64,000 nt of DNA, from contig CAZSWA010000006.1 in the NCBI GenBank assembly GCA_964610465.1, positions 4,332-68,331 on the forward strand, written 5' to 3'. The translations under genes were made by a program, and so were the position numbers. Below the pieces are notes generated by a model. The model saw only the letters and a list, made by a program, of their open reading frames with translations, was not told the DNA's origin and did not search any database. This document shows, one piece after another, positions 18,438-27,871 of this stretch. This stretch comes from an uncultured Gammaproteobacteria bacterium (GTDB taxonomy: Bacteria; Patescibacteriota; Microgenomatia; Levybacterales; UBA12049). Within the stretch, counting starts at the first letter, position 1. Each line of letters starts with the position of its first letter.

Positions 18438-19742
18438 ATGCTACAAACTCTTAAACTCGACAATGGAATATCAGTCGTAACGTACAATATACCAGGGCTT
18501 CGGTCATTTCATCTTGGTATAAATGTCAAAGGCGGCTCCCTTGGAGAACCAAAAGAAAAAAGCGGCATTGCACATTTTATGGAACATATGCTGGTACAAG
18601 GTATTCCATCCTACAAAAATGCTGAAGAATTATCATCCTTTGTTGAAAGTATTGCAGGCAGTTATCGTGCTACCACGTCATTTCTTACTGTCGCCTTTTC
18701 TATTTTTGTCCCTATTTCTCATCTCGAAGACGCAGTGCAGATAGCAAGTGAAGTATTCTTCAAACCGCTTTTTCCTGAGGAAGCATTGGAAAAAGAACGC
18801 CATGCGGTTATTAATGAAATTAAACAGGATGAAGATGCTAAAACATTTAAAATAAATCAATTTTTCAAAAATGTCCGCTACACTAAAGAAAGTCCTCTTA
18901 AACTTCGAGTCGGCGGAACAATGGAGACAGTCCAAAAACTCACACGAGAAGATTTGGTTCAGTATTGGACCACTCATTTCCTTCCAGAAAACACCTATAT
19001 TTCAATTATCGGCAGTTTCAAAGATGAAGAACTACAAACAATACTTACCAAGTATTTTGGAGGCGTTAAAAGCTCACAACAATTTCAAGGATATCCAGAG
19101 CTTTCAAACAGCAAAGATTTATCAACCTATAAAGTTGCACTTCGAACAGATAAAGAGCTTAAAGTAAATTATCTTGATTTGACTTTTCCGTCACTTCCCT
19201 TAGATACGGATTTATTAACTCGCATCAAACAAAATATTGCTTTTATTATTCTTGGCAATCTTCGAAGCAGCAGATTGTTTAAATTACTTCGTTACCAGAA
19301 AGGATTGGTGTATGGAGTGTCAACAGGAGATGCAGCATTTCCGGGAACAGGCTATGGATATGTGAGTTCTGAAGTCGCATCTGAACACCTGGATGAAGTA
19401 TTGACGCTTATTGTACAGACACTTTCAGAGTACATGAAAAACGGCCCAATAAGTGAAGAAGTAGAAGTTACCAAAAATTATCTTTCCAACAACTGGCTTA
19501 TGGCATTTGACAATCCCTCATCAATCAGCAGCTGGATAAAAGGAGAACTTTTGTGGCGGGATAAAATCCGTTTGCCTGAGGAGTATATTGAACTTATCAA
19601 AGATATTACTCCCAAAGACTTGGTTAAAGTGATGCAAACGTATTGGGATATGAAGAATCTTAATCTTATTATCCAGGGACCGATTACAGATTCCAAAGAA
19701 CAGGTAGAGAAGTATACAGAGATGGTCAAAGACCTCAAATAG
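18438..19742 (+). CDS. M16 family zinc peptidase
   Basis: HFMEH inverted zincin motif; SSRLF..LR..KGLVY. Confidence 0.92.
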   Translation: MLQTLKLDNGISVVTYNIPGLRSFHLGINVKGGSLGEPKEKSGIAHFMEHMLVQGIPSYKNAEELSSFVESIAGSYRATTSFLTVAFSIFVPISHLEDAVQIASEVFFKPLFPEEALEKERHAVINEIKQDEDAKTFKINQFFKNVRYTKESPLKLRVGGTMETVQKLTREDLVQYWTTHFLPENTYISIIGSFKDEELQTILTKYFGGVKSSQQFQGYPELSNSKDLSTYKVALRTDKELKVNYLDLTFPSLPLDTDLLTRIKQNIAFIILGNLRSSRLFKLLRYQKGLVYGVSTGDAAFPGTGYGYVSSEVASEHLDEVLTLIVQTLSEYMKNGPISEEVEVTKNYLSNNWLMAFDNPSSISSWIKGELLWRDKIRLPEEYIELIKDITPKDLVKVMQTYWDMKNLNLIIQGPITDSKEQVEKYTEMVKDLK

Positions 19743-19884
19743 TCTATACATAGTCATACTGAGCCAAAGGTGAAGGACTCTTTCCCTATCATTTAGCATT
19801 ATCCTTTAGGGACTGAGGTAGCGAAGAATCTTTTTTGTGCACAAGCATTTGATTAAAAAATAAAAATGTCCTATAACTATCATC

Positions 19885-20835
19885 ATGTCTAAGGAATTAC
19901 CTTTTTCATTGAGAACAGGAGAAGTGGCTCCTAATAAAAGCAGAATCGGGTTTGATAGCTTATTAAAACTGGATAGAGTTGCAGATGGAGAAGCAGCTAG
20001 GATTGCTCTAGCAAAGGAAGGAGTTAGTGCGATATTCAAAGAAACCTCCGGTGGAATCCCCTTGAATGAAGATCTTCTACGAATGATAGGTTCTGACTAT
20101 ATTAAGCGTTGGGAACTTATATATTGTTCTATTGCGCCTTCAATGCTGATTATTGGAGGAGAAAAACCAGAAGAAGGAAGGCTTGAACTAGATGATGCAA
20201 CTGCAACTATTTTTCTAAATCGCCATGTTCATGCTGGTACAAACAATAAAGTAGTATTTTACTCTGCTCGTTTTGCAGATATTATTCCTGATACAAAAAC
20301 CATACTGGAATTTTCTTACGGTGATCCTGATATATCGAAAAGCAGAAAAAAAGAAATTCCATTTAGTTTCCGATTAAGTCATATTGGATTTTCTGTTTCT
20401 CCTAAAGAGTTACCAGAAGATCCTTCTCAATTATTAAGTGGTAGTGGCATTTATGTTGGACATGGTATAAAAAATACTTCTAATGGTCAAACCATCTATA
20501 CTCCATGTTACGAGACATTTCCAATGGATAGAGAAATAGATATATTATTTGATAATGAATTAGACTTTTATTCTGGTTCTGTTATCACAGAACGAATGAG
20601 AAAACGAACTGGAGAGGATAAGAGAATGTTACGGACAGAATATAATGAATGGGCAAGAAAACCGGAGCATGTTATCTATTTAGGTGGAGAACGTGAAAAT
20701 TCACATGATCCAGCAGGAGCATCAGGATTCTATTCACATGCTGATGAAGAACAAGTATGGTTTGGGAGAAATATACAAGATTTACGAGAAGGTATCTCCT
20801 GGAGAGTAAGTTTACCACAATTCTTGAAAAGATAG
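19885..20835 (+). CDS. Hypothetical protein
   Basis: 316-aa ORF with no recognised motif. Confidence 0.7.
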   Translation: MSKELPFSLRTGEVAPNKSRIGFDSLLKLDRVADGEAARIALAKEGVSAIFKETSGGIPLNEDLLRMIGSDYIKRWELIYCSIAPSMLIIGGEKPEEGRLELDDATATIFLNRHVHAGTNNKVVFYSARFADIIPDTKTILEFSYGDPDISKSRKKEIPFSFRLSHIGFSVSPKELPEDPSQLLSGSGIYVGHGIKNTSNGQTIYTPCYETFPMDREIDILFDNELDFYSGSVITERMRKRTGEDKRMLRTEYNEWARKPEHVIYLGGERENSHDPAGASGFYSHADEEQVWFGRNIQDLREGISWRVSLPQFLKR

Positions 20836-20840
20836 TCTCC

Positions 20841-20869
20841 TTGACATTTATCCTATAGCTTGATAGTAT
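20841..20869 (+). promoter_or_regulatory. Sigma70 promoter
   Basis: TTGACA-17 bp-TAGTAT. Confidence 0.7.
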
Positions 20870-20954
20870 TTCTCTGTACTTTAACATGTTGCGGTAGTGC
20901 GTTCTCGTAGTGCATTGTTTAGTTTTAACAACAGATAACACAAAGGAGAAGCAG

Positions 20955-21227
20955 GTGCCAGATTCCAACGACACGGTGAGAGTCAATTTGTTCAACGATG
21001 CGGTGCGCAATTTAAAGGCACATATCGATGAACAACGTCATCAAGGCGTGCAGATGTTTGACATCCCAGTCATCTTTCTCAAGCATGCGAATTTTTTCTT
21101 CGACGAAGACAGCCCTCTGTGCAGAGAGGTACTGCTTGAGTTGAAGCAGCTTTTCCTTAAGGAAGGGTTGACCATGGATGTGGTTCCTAACAAGGACCGT
21201 TCCTTGTTGCAGCTCGTACTGAACTAG
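20955..21227 (+). CDS. Hypothetical 90-aa protein (GTG start)
   Basis: AAGGAG upstream of the GTG at 20955. Confidence 0.6.
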   Translation: MPDSNDTVRVNLFNDAVRNLKAHIDEQRHQGVQMFDIPVIFLKHANFFFDEDSPLCREVLLELKQLFLKEGLTMDVVPNKDRSLLQLVLN

Positions 21228-21282
21228 TACATGTAGTGCGTTGTTTAGTTGAAAAAAACCGACAGCATGAAGGAGAGAGACA

Positions 21283-21489
21283 GTGCGTAGTTATCTCGCA
21301 GTGCTATGTCTAGAAGGTGATGTCTATGTAGCTGATTGTCCTCAGCTTGGGACTGTGAGTCAAGGACTTACCATCGAGGAAGCAGTTCGTAACCTCAAAG
21401 AGGCAACAGAAGTCTTTCTTGAATGTGCTCCAACTAGAGAGTCTAGAAAGGTGGTAATAACGACATTCGAAGTTGATACCGCAACATAG
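21283..21489 (+). CDS. HicB-family antitoxin-like protein (N-terminal domain only)
   Basis: YVADCPQLGTVSQGLTIEEAVRNLKEA; AAGGAG ribosome-binding site. Confidence 0.85.
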   Translation: MRSYLAVLCLEGDVYVADCPQLGTVSQGLTIEEAVRNLKEATEVFLECAPTRESRKVVITTFEVDTAT

Positions 21490-21576
21490 AATTGCAATAT
21501 TTCCGGGATGGGAAGGAGTCACAATGCTGTGACAAAATTCCATTCCATCTTTGGAAAAGAGGGAAACCTCAACAAT

Positions 21577-21605
21577 AATCCCGCAGATAACCCTGCGGGA
21601 TTTTT
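21577..21605 (+). terminator. Intrinsic terminator
   Basis: AATCCCGCAG/CTGCGGGATT stem followed by a T run. Confidence 0.85.
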
Positions 21606-21626
21606 CATATTTGCCTATCCAATGAA

Positions 21627-21890
21627 TTATTTTGAAAAACTAAGGAACAATGTGCTATAGAGAAGCGCGTCTTCAGCACGTTTTTTGAAATCTTTTTCTT
21701 CTGACAATTTTTCTACTTTTTTTACTAATTTTTTCATTGTCTGGGATAATGATAAGAAATCCAATTGTTTTTCTCTTTTTATTACTTCCTGCAAGAATCT
21801 ATCTGCCATTTGTATTGACCCTGAATGATACCCAATAGCAACACGTTTTAAATCAAGTGCTATCGTTTGTAATAGTGCATTATTGTTCAT
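21627..21890 (-). CDS. Hypothetical helical protein
   Basis: ORF whose probable start overlaps the upstream gene end. Confidence 0.65.
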   Translation of the reverse strand: MNNNALLQTIALDLKRVAIGYHSGSIQMADRFLQEVIKREKQLDFLSLSQTMKKLVKKVEKLSEEKDFKKRAEDALLYSTLFLSFSK

Positions 21891-22224
21891 ATACATTCTG
21901 GAAAAAAAACTTAGTGAGTTTTTCATATGTATATCTTAATTTGGTATCTTGTATTTCAATACTCGTATTCTTTTGTTGTGGACGAATATTGATAAATGAG
22001 TTAAAGTCTATTTCTTTCGTTTCCAGATTAATGCCGCCACCCCATATATCTTCCTGTTTTGAGCCTTCCTGCAGAAGAATCTTTTCAGAATCAGCATGTA
22101 AATCACACCCTGCGGAACAAATTCTATTTTTCATATCGATAACTGTTTTGATATATATATAATATTTCTCTGCAAGTTTTGTAATCTCTTTTTTTGTAAA
22201 AGGAGTTGTTTTTGTAATTATCAT
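21880..22224 (-). CDS. DUF5674-like protein
   Basis: IKTVID, HADSE..LL..GS.QEDIWGG and SFINIRP.Q.N motifs (recalled family pattern). Confidence 0.75.
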   Translation of the reverse strand: MIITKTTPFTKKEITKLAEKYYIYIKTVIDMKNRICSAGCDLHADSEKILLQEGSKQEDIWGGGINLETKEIDFNSFINIRPQQKNTSIEIQDTKLRYTYEKLTKFFFQNVYEQ

Positions 22225-22240
22225 TTACTTATTATAACAT

Positions 22241-22403
22241 CTATGAAAATGTTTCTTCCACGACATTGTACCATCTTTTAAAGATGTGTAAACCTAATCG
22301 TTAGGCATCTATTCGTGTCTTCATCCACATGATTTCTGATTCAACGCCAATCAGAATCTTCAGGTCTTCCCAGTCAAAACGAACGAGAGCATATTACTAT
22401 CTC
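22241..22403 (-). ncRNA. Candidate IS110/IS1111 right-end non-coding (bridge/seek RNA-like) region
   Basis: Directly follows an IS110 recombinase C-terminus; several hairpins (22331-22358, 22293-22305, 22272-22286). Confidence 0.4.
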
Positions 22404-22571
22404 TCAGGTATAATAGCGGGACAAGGCTTGTTTTGATCGTTTCTCATATGATCTGTTTTCTTTAAGAACTGTATACACAATGAGACCAGTTTTTCTCGCA
22501 AGCGCTACTATTGCCTTCTTTTTCCCGGTTCAATAACTTAGCCTGTCAACAAATTGCTTGAACTTCTTTTT
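22404..22571 (-). pseudogene. IS110-family transposase C-terminal remnant
   Basis: KFKQFVDRLSY*TGKKKAIVALARKTGLIVYTVLKENRSY, with an in-frame stop at 22530-22532. Confidence 0.75.
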
Positions 22572-23093
22572 TTACGTCAGTTCAGAAATTATTTCCAGCG
22601 CTTTTAAATATGTTTTGTGCCTTATGTTTTTTTTTGCTTCCTTTTTGGTAACCCATTTTGTCTCATTGAATTCTGTTAAGTCCACATGTACTTTTGTTGT
22701 TTGTAACAAATACCAACTATCATAATGAGCTTTGCAAGGTTGTCCGTCATTATGAATATACATAACAGAAAATAAAAATGGTTCATCAATTTCTTTCACA
22801 TCAATTCCTAACTCTTCTTTTGCTTCCCTTTTTACAGCATCTTTCAATAATTCTCCCTTTTCAATATGTCCGCCAGGAACTACCCATTGTTTTGCTTTTT
22901 TATGATGAACAATAAAAATTTCTTTTGTTTTTGGATTAAAGGGGATAAAGAAAACGCAGCAATGATATTCTGAATTTTCATTTTTTGTGAGCTTACCACT
23001 TTTAACTAATTGAAAAAAGTCTTTATATTCTTTTTGATTGAGAAAAAGCTGAGGGGTAATAAGGTGAGAAAGTTCGCTTGTCAAATTTTGCAT
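22572..23093 (-). CDS. NUDIX hydrolase
   Basis: PGGHIEKGE..DAVKREAKEELG. Confidence 0.9.
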   Translation of the reverse strand: MQNLTSELSHLITPQLFLNQKEYKDFFQLVKSGKLTKNENSEYHCCVFFIPFNPKTKEIFIVHHKKAKQWVVPGGHIEKGELLKDAVKREAKEELGIDVKEIDEPFLFSVMYIHNDGQPCKAHYDSWYLLQTTKVHVDLTEFNETKWVTKKEAKKNIRHKTYLKALEIISELT

Positions 23094-23164
23094 CTTCCAA
23101 TTATATCATTTGAAGCTAAAAGAGGATATTTAACCTTATTTCGGTCACAATTATTCCTATGCAG

Positions 23165-24085
23165 TTATTTTCCTTCGTAGGCTGTTTTTAATGCAGCGAT
23201 ATCAAATTTTTTCATAGGTAAAAATGCCTGGGTTACTCTCGCAATTTGTTCCGGAGTTCCTTTTTCCATCATCTCACCCATGGCAGTAGGTACAACCTGC
23301 CAGGAAACACCAAATTTGTCCTTTAACCAACCACATTGTTCCGATTCAGGAACTGCAGAAAGCTTTTCCCAATAATAATCTATTTCTTCCTGTGTTTTAC
23401 AGGGGACAATAAAAGAGATTGCTTCATTGAAAGAGAATTTGTGTTCTTTTGCGCTATCCATTGCTCCAAACTCCATACCTTCAAGCATGAAAGCAGCATA
23501 TTTTACAGTACCTTCTTTATCCGGTTCTTCTCCTTTGCCGTACTTTTGAAGAAAGAACGTTTTTGAGTTATTTCCGCCGGAGGCGAGATCTCGCCCTGGA
23601 CGGGCGGAGAATACTGATGTATAGAAATTGACCGCTTCTTCAGTTTTTCCACATACATTCCCAACAAACATAAGCACAGGAGTTATTGCCTGTTTAAATT
23701 CATTCTTTCCTGCATAAATCACTTGCCAGGAAAGACCATATTTATCTTGTATCCAGCCATATCGCTCACTAAATGGATAACTGTCAAGCGGCATCAAAAC
23801 CTTTCCACCTTCAGAAAGTTTTTTCCATATCGCATCGACTTCTTCCTTCGTTTTAAATTTTACATGGAATGAAATAGATGGATTAAACGTAAACAAAGGA
23901 CCGGCACTAATAGCCATAAATGGTTGGCCAGCAAGTACGAATGAAACGATATCAGTGTCACCTGAAGGAGTATTGTGAATGGTTGTTACACTGGTTACTT
24001 TTGAATCCGGCAATAAAGAGGTATAAAACTCACAAGCTTCTTTTGCTTCTTTATCAAACCATAAATGCGGGGTAATCTGTCTCAT
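23165..24085 (-). CDS. VOC/PhnB-like protein (tandem 3-demethylubiquinone-9 3-methyltransferase-like domains)
   Basis: [21 protein letters not shown] and [13 protein letters not shown] motifs. Confidence 0.9.
   Translation of the reverse strand: MRQITPHLWFDKEAKEACEFYTSLLPDSKVTSVTTIHNTPSGDTDIVSFVLAGQPFMAISAGPLFTFNPSISFHVKFKTKEEVDAIWKKLSEGGKVLMPLDSYPFSERYGWIQDKYGLSWQVIYAGKNEFKQAITPVLMFVGNVCGKTEEAVNFYTSVFSARPGRDLASGGNNSKTFFLQKYGKGEEPDKEGTVKYAAFMLEGMEFGAMDSAKEHKFSFNEAISFIVPCKTQEEIDYYWEKLSAVPESEQCGWLKDKFGVSWQVVPTAMGEMMEKGTPEQIARVTQAFLPMKKFDIAALKTAYEGK
23573..23608. repeat. GC-rich palindromic in-frame insert in the VOC gene
   Basis: 36 nt: TCCGCC...GGCGAGATCTCGCC...GGCGGA. Confidence 0.75.
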
Positions 24086-24107
24086 AAATATATCTTCTTA
24101 TATTGTA

Positions 24108-24794
24108 TCATATTTTTCTTTGTATTCTATCTTTAATAATGTCCCCATCTGAAAGAGTAATGCCTCTATCTGCAAGCTTTGCATAATCCTCTTCATGAGT
24201 CACCATAACGATTGTTAAATTTTCCGTTTTATTCAATCTCAAAAATATATCTAAAATCGTTTTTGAAGATTGAGTATCAAGATTTGCAGTGGGTTCATCA
24301 GCAAAAAGTATCTTTGGGTTATGGGTAATTGCTCTGGCAATACTTACTCTTTGTTGTTGGCCGCCAGATAATTGACTTGGTAAATTGTCCAGTTTGTCTC
24401 CAAGTTCTACACGCTCGAGTGCATGCTTTGCCAGCTCTTTTGCTTTCGCAGTTTCAATTCCCTGCATTAAAAGTGGCAGCATTACATTTTCTCTAGCAGT
24501 AAGTGTGGATAAAAGCGCATATTCCTGGAAAATAAAACCAAAATTATCCCGTCGATAGATAACACACTTCTTATCATCAAGTGTGTCTACGTCCTGTCCA
24601 TCAATTATGATACTACCTTCAGTAGGTTTATCAAGAAGACTTATGTTGTAGAGCAACGTACTTTTTCCTGCTCCTGATTTCCCTGTTATTGCGAGAAATT
24701 GCCCGGTTGGTACTTCAAAAGTTAAGTTTTTTAACGCAATGAGTTCTGTGTCTCCCATATGAAATTTTCTTACTAAATTCTTAACAGTAATCAT
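24108..24794 (-). CDS. ABC transporter ATPase (LolD/MacB type)
   Basis: GKSGAGKS, LSGGQQQR and DEPT motifs. Confidence 0.95.
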   Translation of the reverse strand: MITVKNLVRKFHMGDTELIALKNLTFEVPTGQFLAITGKSGAGKSTLLYNISLLDKPTEGSIIIDGQDVDTLDDKKCVIYRRDNFGFIFQEYALLSTLTARENVMLPLLMQGIETAKAKELAKHALERVELGDKLDNLPSQLSGGQQQRVSIARAITHNPKILFADEPTANLDTQSSKTILDIFLRLNKTENLTIVMVTHEEDYAKLADRGITLSDGDIIKDRIQRKI

Positions 24795-24795
24795 A

Positions 24796-26067
24796 TTATC
24801 TTCCTAAAATTGCATCGAGCGTATTTTGTTTTGTTACAAGCCAGGCGGGAATAAATCCTGATATGAACGCAGTTATAATAAGAGCTATTCCATTTGGGAT
24901 GACATCACCCATACCAATTGCGAGTGTTGCGTTAATACTGGCAAAGTTAATAGGATGAATATCAAAATATGGTTTCAAAAGTCCTAAAATAAAAATAGTT
25001 GAAATGGTAATTCCGGAAATTGCATAAAAAAGAGATTGAAAAATGTAAGAGAGTTCTATTGCCCGGGCTGATATTCCTATGCCTTTTAAAATTCCAATAA
25101 ACTTCCGTCTGGTAATCGCGTTCACATAAATAACGATAAAAATAGTTACTGCACTTACCATAAGCGCAATTGCACCTACTAGATTTCCAAGTTTTCCTAG
25201 AGCCTGAATAATAGTATAAATACTGCTTGGTAACGCTTCAGTTGATGTCTCAACAATAACACCCTCATTTGGTGGTAAATTTTTTATCACATAATTTTTT
25301 GCTTCATCAGCCGATGCATGTGGAAGTAATCGTATCGCAATCTCGTTAGCATTTAGATTATTATTTTTGGTCATTTCTCTAAACGAAGGTTCAGTTATAT
25401 AAATCCTCGAATCAACAAAGACACTGTTTGTGGTAAATACCCCTTTTATCGTTACTTCTTTTTGTATACCATTAATTGTTAATCTTACTCGTGAACCGAC
25501 ATCAGCAGTCTCCAAAATTTTTGATCCAACAGCAAGCGCTGCTCCTCTTACTGTTGCATATTTTTTAATTAAGTTTGAACCAATTATTACTTCATTAGCA
25601 TCTGAAGGAGAAAGATATGTCCCAGCAACCATCGCATTTGATAATTGACTCATTTTCTCTTCTGCAAGAGGATCAATTCCTGCTACAGTTCCTGATGCGG
25701 ATTCTGAAAGATCTGTTACACGAAGTTTATTCTGATAATTATATTCTAAAATTCCAGCTGTAGTTTCTCGTACCGATACTGCCTTAACTGTAGGTAAACT
25801 TTTTGCAATAGTTACAATACTTGAGGTATCTTCGATAGTGTTTTTATTTGTCGCGGGAATGATAAAAATATCACCTGAATAGTATTGTGGGTACGTGCCG
25901 ATAGCTGATTTTGCAAAACCAATCAAAATCCCACCCAGAAAAAGCATGTTAAAAAATGTGAGGCTGATTACTAAAATAATAAGCGCAACAGTCCAGGGAT
26001 TACTCCGTTTTATATCTCTTACTGCCAGGAAAAACCCAACATAAAAAGAATTGTCTTTCCATATCAT
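24796..26067 (-). CDS. ABC permease (FtsX/MacB family)
   Basis: 4-TM topology with a large extracytoplasmic loop; RRKFIGILKGIG. Confidence 0.88.
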   Translation of the reverse strand: MIWKDNSFYVGFFLAVRDIKRSNPWTVALIILVISLTFFNMLFLGGILIGFAKSAIGTYPQYYSGDIFIIPATNKNTIEDTSSIVTIAKSLPTVKAVSVRETTAGILEYNYQNKLRVTDLSESASGTVAGIDPLAEEKMSQLSNAMVAGTYLSPSDANEVIIGSNLIKKYATVRGAALAVGSKILETADVGSRVRLTINGIQKEVTIKGVFTTNSVFVDSRIYITEPSFREMTKNNNLNANEIAIRLLPHASADEAKNYVIKNLPPNEGVIVETSTEALPSSIYTIIQALGKLGNLVGAIALMVSAVTIFIVIYVNAITRRKFIGILKGIGISARAIELSYIFQSLFYAISGITISTIFILGLLKPYFDIHPINFASINATLAIGMGDVIPNGIALIITAFISGFIPAWLVTKQNTLDAILGR

Positions 26068-26076
26068 AGTATTTAC

Positions 26077-27237
26077 TCAATCTGGATTGGTAACAATAAG
26101 TGTTCCTGACGGTAACCCATTCGTTACTTCTGTTTTTGTAACACCTTTTATCCCAATTGAGATTGGAAGTAACGTATGTGATTTTGCCTGTTCAACATAG
26201 TTCATACCATTTTTCATAATAACCGCGCTATTTGGTACATCAATGACATTATCGCGTCGTAATGTTTCAATGGTAATAAGAGCGGTCATATTAGGTTTAA
26301 TTACATCTGGCAAATCATTTGCTTTGATTCGAGCTGAGTAGGTTACAATTCCTTGATTTGCTGTTCCAACTGTTGCGATATTAGTAACAACTCCTTGAAA
26401 TGTTTTATCTTTCATGGCGTCAAAAACAATTTCTGCTTTTTGTCCTACGTTTACTCGTGCGGCATAATCTTCAGAAATATCAGCGGTTATATATGGATTA
26501 CCTAAATTTGCAATCAGTAAAACCGGTTGCACTTGTGTAGTTAATGATGACGTTTGTGCAGTAGTTGGTAATGGTGCAGTTACCTGGTTTCCCGTATTTA
26601 CAAGCAGGTTTACAATTGTTCCATTAGCTGGTGCAATAACTGTCGTGCTTTGGGTTTCACTATAGAGGAGATAAGCGTTAGCAAGTGTAGCTTGATCTTG
26701 GGCAATTATGCCTTGTTGATTTTTATAGTTTGCTTCTGCGGCAAGCCAATCTGCATTCTCTTCGATATATTTTGGGTCTGCTTTGTCTGAATCGCTTGGA
26801 TTTTGTATTCCTTTATCTTTTACAAATGTTTGGTTTGCTTGAAACATAAGACTTTGTAATGTATTTAATTTTGCCGTGTCAGCATTAATAGTTGTTTTTG
26901 CCAAGAGATAATTCGCATATGCTGCATTTTGCTGATCTTGTGTTGCACTGCTTTGAACATGAAAAAGTGGATCTCCTTTTTTTACTTCCTGACCATTTTC
27001 AACATACAACTCACTAATCGTACCATTCGTGGGAGAGGTTACTTGAATTTGTGAAGCAGTAGTATATGTTCCGCTTACTTGCACTGTATCTACAAGGTCT
27101 TCCTGTTTTACCATATATGTTAATTCTGTATTTGGTTTTTGTAAAAGGATAGTTCTTGCTACAAAGAAAAGAATAATTGCAAATAAAGGTATAAAAAAAA
27201 TCTTTCTTGCTTTAATAAAAGACAGAATATGATTCAT
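26077..27237 (-). CDS. Membrane fusion/adaptor protein (MacA/HlyD family)
   Basis: Lipoyl-like GTISELYVENGQEVKKGDPL; KPNMTA; DVPNSAV. Confidence 0.88.
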   Translation of the reverse strand: MNHILSFIKARKIFFIPLFAIILFFVARTILLQKPNTELTYMVKQEDLVDTVQVSGTYTTASQIQVTSPTNGTISELYVENGQEVKKGDPLFHVQSSATQDQQNAAYANYLLAKTTINADTAKLNTLQSLMFQANQTFVKDKGIQNPSDSDKADPKYIEENADWLAAEANYKNQQGIIAQDQATLANAYLLYSETQSTTVIAPANGTIVNLLVNTGNQVTAPLPTTAQTSSLTTQVQPVLLIANLGNPYITADISEDYAARVNVGQKAEIVFDAMKDKTFQGVVTNIATVGTANQGIVTYSARIKANDLPDVIKPNMTALITIETLRRDNVIDVPNSAVIMKNGMNYVEQAKSHTLLPISIGIKGVTKTEVTNGLPSGTLIVTNPD

Positions 27238-27439
27238 AGTACTGAACTAATTCAATCATATCAAATAATTAGATTCAATGATGCAAGGAGAAGAGAGTAG
27301 TATGAAAAGTTTGAAAGTAATTCTTCTGCGTGTATAATAGGAACCTTGCCAATTTAAAACTTAACTACGCAATTTTATTGTTTTAATAATTTCTGCAGGA
27401 CTTATGCCATCTCCTCTGACAAGGTAGGAAGTTTTTATA

Positions 27440-27805
27440 TTACTCAGCAGTACCAATATACTGTTTAATTTTATCTAATAAATCTTTCATATCAAATGGT
27501 TTTGCTAAAAAATCATCCGCGCCCGCTTCTTTGGCTGAAGTTTGTATATCACGGCTTGCTGAAACCATAATAATAGGAATATGCTTAGTAAAAGGATTCT
27601 TTTTTAAATACTTACAAATTTCTCGTCCATCTTCTCCTGACATCCAGATATCAAGTAGAAGTATATCAGGATACTCTTTCTCCATCTTATAAATTGTCTG
27701 TCCATCAAGGGTTGAATCCACTTCATATCCAAACTCTTCTAAAATAAGGGTTGTCGATTCTACAATAGCTGGATCATCATCAGCGATTAATATTTTTTTT
27801 GCCAT
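27440..27805 (-). CDS. Single-domain response regulator
   Basis: ADDD, LLDIWM and AKPF motifs. Confidence 0.93.
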   Translation of the reverse strand: MAKKILIADDDPAIVESTTLILEEFGYEVDSTLDGQTIYKMEKEYPDILLLDIWMSGEDGREICKYLKKNPFTKHIPIIMVSASRDIQTSAKEAGADDFLAKPFDMKDLLDKIKQYIGTAE

Positions 27806-27871
27806 ATACTATCCTTTCATGTCAATTTACTAGTGAAATTGTAAAACAAATTTATGAAAACTCTGAAAGAG

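Noticed and set aside
27340-27430. GGAGATGGCA on the minus strand, resembling a fluoride riboswitch start
   Set aside because: The downstream AACCGC and TGATG pseudoknot elements are absent and no fluoride exporter follows.
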